A stretch of DNA of 64,000 nucleotides from Eledone cirrhosa (taxonomy: Eukaryota): the NCBI GenBank assembly GCA_964016885.1, contig OZ024743.1, positions 24,490,001 through 24,554,000 of the forward strand, given 5' to 3'. The notes below the pieces were generated by a model. The model did not search any database, was not told the DNA's origin, and worked only from the letters and a program-made list of their open reading frames with translations. Shown in pieces: positions 56,484-64,000 of this stretch. Each line of letters opens with the position of its first letter. The stretch's first letter is position 1. Position numbers and translations under genes: made by a program.

Positions 56484-57121
56484 ATACCTGTGATGGCTAG
56501 TAGACCACTGATGGCGGATATTCCTGGCTTCTATTTCTAATTCTTCATTTATTATATATATCATAATTGCAACAACACAGCTCACCATTTTTTATTCATA
56601 TATGCTTTGCCCTTCGCTATGACCTGTCTTTTTCTCTTCCCTTACTGCTATCTTCTTTCTCTCTCCCCCTTTCTCTCCTTCTCCCTCTTACTTCCACTCA
56701 CCCCCTCTGCTAGTCACCCTCTCTCGGCTAGCCACTTCCTTACACTTTCACTCACTCACTCTCTGCTACTCACCCTCTCTCTCACTTCCTCCATTGTCCC
56801 ACACAGTACGAAATTCTTTCCTCGCTCACATCCGCACGGCCAAGATGTGTCTTTCGTCTTCTCGTCAATATTCGCAAGTTCTTATGTTCAAAATGAATCA
56901 TTGACTTGATTTTCTCATTGTTTCCTCTCTTTACGTTGCCTCACCATTCGTGTTTGTTTACCTGTCTCTCTTTCTCCACCCAACTCTTTTTATCCCAATA
57001 ACTTAATTTAGTTATTGTATCTCCCTAGCTGGAGGTATATGGTCTGTAATGCAAAGAAATACCTATGATGGCTAGTAGACCACTGATGACGGATATTCCT
57101 GGCTTCTATTTCTAATTTTTC

Positions 57122-57126
<5 letters not shown>
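56484..57126 (+). repeat. 68-bp terminal direct repeats enclosing ~500 bp of pyrimidine-rich sequence, within (TA)n
   Basis: 56484-56551 and 57059-57126 are near-identical; the second contains AGACCACTGATGACGGA. Confidence 0.75.
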
Positions 57127-57177
<51 letters not shown>

Positions 57178-57183
<6 letters not shown>

Positions 57184-57357
57184 AGTGTCAGGACCCCGAC
57201 GGCTGAGCTCCGGCCGTTCGGATCTAGCTGTCGAAACGGCGGGATCTCAGCCGTGGGGGTCCTGACTCTTTTCCTATTACCCACTCTACTACCCTAGGTA
57301 TCGAGTACTCTGGTGCGTTATGGTCCACCTGGTTCCTTACCACACTTTCTTTGTTTA
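57178..57357 (+). mobile_element. Fold-back mini-element copy D
   Basis: Same arms and tail as copy A subtype, centre partly deleted; (TA)n flanks. Confidence 0.85.
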
Positions 57358-57390
57358 TATATATATATATGTGTGTGAGTGTGTGTTTGT

Positions 57391-57476
<86 letters not shown>

Positions 57477-58321
57477 GTGTGTATGCATTCATACCTACCT
57501 ACCTACCTACAAACATTCATACATATAAAGAATGGGTTGTAACTTTCGCCGTGCATAAAGTATATGAACACAATAGATAAAGTTAACCCCATTGGTTGAC
57601 TGATGTTTATTTTATCCTTATTGGGAAAAAGAAAAGGTAAATTTGGTTCTGATTGAATTTAAAGTCAGAACGCAACAGTATTATTGTTGCTATTGTTGTT
57701 TAAGCTCGGAAAAGCTCTGATCTAGCAGACCTATGATCAAAGCAAATTCCAGACGTAGCCAACCTGTCATTTTCCAATATGCAGGAAACCAATTGATACA
57801 TTATTCAACGTTTTCTTTTCTAATACGTTACGATATAGTTTGAAGATTTCGTTCTTATTTCTATCAGATCAAGTAACAATGTAAAGATTCCTTACAATAC
57901 AATTAAGCTCTCTGTAAATATCGCTGTTGTTGTCATCGTGGTAAACTGCAACTCGCCGGCAGGAAGACATCACTAGCAGAATACTATGATCTTGCACCTG
58001 GAAAGGTCTTCTCCAAGGTTCAAGCCTGACCAAGGTGTTGTTTTTTTTTGTGGAAAATCCGACAGTTGCTATATATGCCTTTCTCCTTTGTTCATGTAAC
58101 AGTTGTTCTAAAGGGAAAGGCAAATACTGATACAGATTGGCACCAGTTTCATCGCAACTAATGTTTTCTTGCTAAATACATAAAAGTGCTAGCATGTATG
58201 TATGTATATTTCCTGTATGAAAAATATAACTAAAAATGCTGGATTTTTACATTAATACAAAACTACATATTTATAACTAACAAATAGTTTTATCGCTCTA
58301 CATGGCTGAACACAAGAAATA

Positions 58322-58702
58322 TAAATCTGGGTTTTTCGAATATTAACAATAATATTCGATTCGTTTGCACTTATGCAAACAGCCTCTGAAGCCATGGGAG
58401 TAGAATGACCTCGTCATTCTTACTCTTGTATTGGCATATAAACAGAACGGCAGACACTAATGTTTCTTCGTTAGTACCGCATACTGTTTACCTGCCAACT
58501 GTCAGAGCTAGTGAAAATATATGATATTTTCTGGAATATACAGTGACTGATCGGACTGATTTGCATATTAGCAGTCTTGTGTTTGTATGCCAACACAAGA
58601 GCAAGATTGACGAGATCATTCTACTGACATGGCTTAAGAGGCTTTTTGCATAATTGCAAACGAATCAAATATTATTATTAATATTCGAAAAACTCAGATT
58701 TA
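58322..58702. mobile_element. Palindromic MITE-like element with ~120-bp imperfect TIRs
   Basis: 58322-58444 (TAAATCTGGGTTTTTCGAATATTAA...) is the reverse complement of 58580-58702 (...TTAATATTCGAAAAACTCAGATTTA). Confidence 0.8.
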
Positions 58703-59262
58703 CACTTTTATATATTTGTAAAAGAGGATATAATCGATTGAAGTAACCTCAAATAAAAAATACAGAATAGAAGAAAAATATTAGTTGCACTTATTATTTA
58801 GTCAAGAATCAGCACAACAGGCGGCGCGATAGAGAAGTTGAGAATGTAACATAATTCTAAAAGGAAAACTGATGTAAAGCATGCGACTCGATGGCAGCCA
58901 ATGATGTTGACCTCTTCTTACTGTCAGATACCTTTCACTGTTGTACGGAAAGTGAGATTGATCCAGTGCAAGGCGTTTCTTCACATAAAAAAGCTTCAAG
59001 CTCAGGCATCACTTGATTTTAATGACTTTCACGTGTTTTGCATGAGCATGGCTGGCTGTAACTGATATAGACATTTTCTTTCGCTGCAGCATATGCAGAA
59101 AGTCATGCTAAGTCCTTGGCAGAGCTAAAAAAAAGTCCTGTTTGTACCATCCATGTTTGAGAATAAGATCAAGTGATGGCAATTCTCAAAATCGAGATGC
59201 AGTCATCATGTATGTATGTATATATATATATGTATGTATATATATATATGTATGTATGTATA

Positions 59263-59328
<66 letters not shown>

Positions 59329-59477
59329 TGTATGTATGCATGTATGTATATATGTATGTATATATGTATGTATATATATGTATGCATGTATATATGTATG
59401 TATGTAGGTGTATGTATGTATGTATGTATGTATGTATGTATGTATGTATGTATGTATGTATGTATGTATGTATGTGA

Positions 59478-59808
59478 AGGCGCATGGCTTAGTGGTTAGA
59501 GCGTTGGGCTTACCATCGTGAAGTTGTGAGTTCGATTCTCGAACCGGGTGATGCGTTGTGTTCTTGAGCAAGACACTTTATTTCACGTTTCTCCAGTTCA
59601 CTCAGCTGTAGAAATAAGTTCCAATGTCACTGGTGCCAAGCTGTATTGGCCATTACCTTTCCCTTGGACAACATCGGTGGCATAGAGAGGGGAGACTGGT
59701 ATGCATGGGCGACTGCCGGTCTTCCACAAACAACCTTACTCGGGCTTGTACCTCGGAGGGGAACATTCTAGGTGTAAATCCCATGGTCATTCGTGACCGA
59801 AGGGGTCT
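59478..59808 (+). mobile_element. Second tRNA-derived SINE family (Meta/V-like core), next to (TATG)n
   Basis: A-box TGGCTTAGTGG, B-box GAGTTCGATTC, then TGTGTTCTTGAGCAAGACACTT...CACTCAGCTGTA core. Confidence 0.75.
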
Positions 59809-59842
59809 AAGAATGTATGTATATATGCCAGAACACTCTCAA

Positions 59843-60003
59843 ATGCTACTGGTAACATGTAAACCAGTTAAACTTGTTGCATGGTCGGGTTGTCGGTGAC
59901 TAAACTGGCAAACCCACCAAGCAAGCTTGGTGGGTAGGGTGACATTGGAACTCTGTGGGATAAAAAAAAAAACAGACAAAGGGCGGAGGAACTCACAATC
60001 CAA
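59843..60003 (+). mobile_element. RTE-type 5'-end fragment
   Basis: Homologous to 31400-31575(-) and 56185-56385(-). Confidence 0.6.
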
Positions 60004-60036
60004 TTGTATGTATACATATATATATATATATGTATA

Positions 60037-60370
<334 letters not shown>

Positions 60371-60377
60371 CAAAGAC

Positions 60378-60808
<431 letters not shown>

Positions 60809-61384
60809 TTGTGTGTGTGTGTGCGTGTGTGTGTGTGTCTATACATATATGTATACATATGCGCAGGGAAATATAAGTAACTACTTAGGTTCAGGTACGC
60901 GGTACGCCCATTGGAACTTAAAAATCCCTGATCCTCATTAGGATATTTCTATAGTAGAGGGAAACTCTGATGTGGGGTGGGGAGGATGTATGGTTCCATT
61001 TATTAGTATACATTATTGAAATCGTAAAAGAATAACTAACGCACTGGTAGGGTTCGAACCATTCATGTTATCTGTATGTCAGAGCATATATGTGCCTGTA
61101 ATCTTTGTTTGGTTATTACATATCGCTATTGTTTTGATGTGTTTTGTGTCTGTCCTCCAGACTTCGGTTGTCTTTTTGAGTTTTGATCCCTGACGGCGGT
61201 TGGAATTCAACATATGCTGAACAGACTGGCTGAATCACACCGTTTCTAGAGACATTCAACTCTGCAGCGTGTCGTATTAAAAATACAATGCACCACACTA
61301 TTCAACCAAGCAGTCGATGAAAAAAATATATATATATGACGAAAGAATTATATAACGTCAGCGAGAGTATAATATCCATACGAT

Positions 61385-61419
<35 letters not shown>

Positions 61420-61420
<1 letters not shown>

Positions 61421-64000
61421 TTTTCTTTATTAACCACAAGGGTTTACATAAAGTAGACATTAAGGACAGTACAGGACAATACAGGACGGTACAAATGGGC
61501 ATTTCTGCGTGTAAAAAAAACAGCGGATGAAATAAAATAACAAAGAAAAATTCCCCAATAGGGGGGAGACTTCCGAGGGACATTTGTGGAGAAAGCCCAT
61601 TAAAAGACCACAGTGACCCTGACCACCAGGGCAAGTGCCCTCTCCCAGTTTTCCACCTTTAATTTACAGACACATACTCAGAGAAGGCCCATTCATTCGG
61701 GCCATACTTGCTTCTCTCACCCATCTTTCAACAAAATACTGGGAAGAGAGCACTTCCCTCTCTACCCTGATTTTCCTTTTCAAATGAAATTTGAAAAAGT
61801 TAATCAGGGCATCACCGAAGAGGTAAGTGCTCGTCTTCAGCCCTTTCAAACGTGTCCACCATACTATCTCTTTCGCCATGGCCACCAGACAGATAAAAAC
61901 TGCCTGCCCTTCCCGGCTAAAGGAAGGGGGCGGGGCAATCCTCACGATGGACTCAGCTGATAGCTGGATCCGTCCTACACGTGACAGCAGGTGTTCGACA
62001 TAAACCCACAAGTCAGCAATGCTCGGACACTGGACGAGTGCGTGCAGGACGGTTTCGTCGCCCTGTGCGCATCTCGGACATGCCCGGCTGACGGCACCTC
62101 CATGCCTGTAAAGTTTATCCCGAACTGGCAAAGCACCCCGGTAGCACTGCCAGGCCAGGGATTTCTGGAAGTTGTCCATAGACCCCAGCCCGAAAGTCCT
62201 TCCGAAGAGATTGGCTAGTTGATTTTCGTCGACGCCTAGAGTTTCTCCAAGTACGTCGTCGCTCTTCCCCTCCACTAATCCCCTATAGAACGCCAAGGTG
62301 GAGTTTCCACCGATCACATTGCCCGATTGGTCGAGGGCTGTGAGCGCCTGAAGACATTCCAGTCTCCAAGCGCTCCCTCTCGGTCTTCGCTTGACCCAGG
62401 ACTGTAGCTCCGTCAAGGAGACGAGCTGGGGAAAAACGTGTCTAGCAAACGGCGACCACACCTGATCACCGTCGAGGAAGAGGTGGAGATGTCGTAGCCT
62501 GAGCGCGTGTCTGCGCATCATCAGCCACGGCATGCCCAGCCCTCCATGTAGCGGGTGTTGACAGCAGATGGACCGCCTGACCATCGGAGCGCGTCCCTTC
62601 CACAAGAAGCGAAAGAGCAAACGCTCCAGCGCAGTCAGGCGGGGCTTAGGACAAGGTACGAGGGTCAGGCGGTAGTAGATGACGGACGCGATGTACGCGT
62701 TAGCCACCTCCGCTCGACCTTTCAGGGATAGCTTCCTTTCGGCCCATTTCTGGGTGAGAGAAGCCACCCTGCTAGTCACCTCGTCCCAGTTTTTGTCCGT
62801 CTGGAGGTCTGGACCGAACCAGACCCCTAGCAATTTAACCGGTCCGTCTGTCCAGCGCCCGACGACGCTGTTGGACGGCATGGACCTGCCTCTCCAGGTG
62901 CCGAGCTGCAGGCCCACTGACTTTTCCTGGTTGATCATTGCTCCTGTCACCGCTTCGTATTCTCTTAGTGTAGTGCCGATCGCCTCGATGTGTTTGGCGT
63001 TCGACACCACTACGGTGACATCGTCGGCATATGCTGACACGGATCTTCCGCATCCTAGTTCGCGCGGGATCCCCCTCAACGTCTCCAGTTTGTGCAGTAA
63101 TGGCTCGAGAGTCAATACGTACAATAGGGACGCGAGGGGACATCCTTGGCGGACCGAGCGCATGATGTTGAACGGTTCCGAAAGGTTACCGTTCACTCTC
63201 ACTACAGAGCAGATGTTGCTGTGCATGGCAGCAATCCAGCCTCTGAAGACAGGCCCAAAGCCAGCCGCCCTCAGGACTGCCTCTAGGTAACGATGGTCGA
63301 CTGATCTAAATTGATCAAAGACCCACCCGTGCCAGGTTCCCTAGCTACCCTCTCTACGATGTATCGCATGAGGTGGAGGTTGTCGTGGATGGATCTGTCG
63401 GGAATGGCGCATGTCTGTGCCTCTCCCACCAGACCACCAACGACAAGCGCCAACCTCTTTGCTAGCACCTTGGCCAAAATCTTGAACTCTGTGTTTAGCA
63501 GAGTTATGGGCCTAAAATTATCTATGTTATCCCCCTAGTTCGGATCCTTTCTCAGCAGCGCCACCGCTCCTCGGCTCACAGAGCTGGGAATTCTCCCGTT
63601 CTGTTGCCAGTTGCAGTAGACGTCCGCCAAGAGGCCTCCGAACAAGTCTGGCATTTGTACGTAAAGTTCATAGGGCAGAGCATCCAAACCAGGCGATTTA
63701 CCCCTTGTGCAGCCAGTCATTTCCTCCCGTACTTCAGCGGCTGTTATCGGTTTTTCGCAACACTCCGCCTCAGTGGCCGAGAGCCGCGGCAGTCCGTCAA
63801 GGTAGACACTAAAGTCCATCCCTCGATCCGACCCGCCGCTGCCCCCGAACAGTTGAGCGAAGTGTCGCTGAAAAGCTTCACACATTTTCCCGGGATCGAG
63901 TAGCATGCGCCCGTCGTAGTCCACCAAAGACCGGATCGTGGCTTTGTTGCTACGACGCCTCCGCCACTCCGGCCCATTGAACGGCTTTCGTCCCCTCGTG
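61420..64000 (-). mobile_element. L1/Tx1-clade LINE, 3' 2.6 kb, continuing past the right edge
   Basis: GKSPGLDALPYELY, RPITLLNT, QTCAIPDRSIHDN, LDQS, SVRQGCPLASLLY, AYADD, INQEKS, LSLKGR, HGGLG, CPRC..ETVLHALVQC; 3'UTR, AATAAA and (ATT)n tail at 61389-61419. Confidence 0.93.
61664..63927 (-). pseudogene. ORF2 (RT + CCHC) of the L1/Tx1 element with few lesions
   Basis: ORFs 63535-63927, 63283-63477 and 61664-63226 join across an in-frame TAG (63535-63537) and a short deletion/frameshift near 63295 that removes the expected KAFDR motif. Confidence 0.88.

Noticed and set aside
59478-59550. tRNA gene
   Set aside because: A/B boxes run straight into a SINE body; no complete cloverleaf with acceptor stem is evident.

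Overview
AT-rich, microsatellite-saturated animal non-coding DNA. The repeat repertoire suggests a coleoid cephalopod such as Octopus, but that is inference. No host protein-coding exon is supported; nearly all long ORFs in the track are translations of simple repeats. The window is a transposon graveyard. Retroelements: about 25 copies of one tRNA-derived (Nin/Deu-like) SINE, R4/Dong-like fragments in (CATA)n, a decayed RTE LINE with a nested SINE and a nested GC-rich CRE-clade element, L1/Tx1-like LINEs and a Penelope-like (PLE) RT remnant. DNA elements: Helitron pieces, a rearranged mariner and several MITEs. The most notable signal is RNA structure. At least four unrelated type-I hammerhead ribozymes (two with intact cores, at 36152-36195 + and 45565-45633 -) sit in short inserts, mostly within (TA)n tracts. 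A six-copy family of fold-back mini-elements keeps only the 3' half of a hammerhead and inverts at its stem II. A candidate HDV-like or hatchet-like fold also occurs at the 5' end of RTE-derived fragments. All folds were read by eye; no folding or database search was run.
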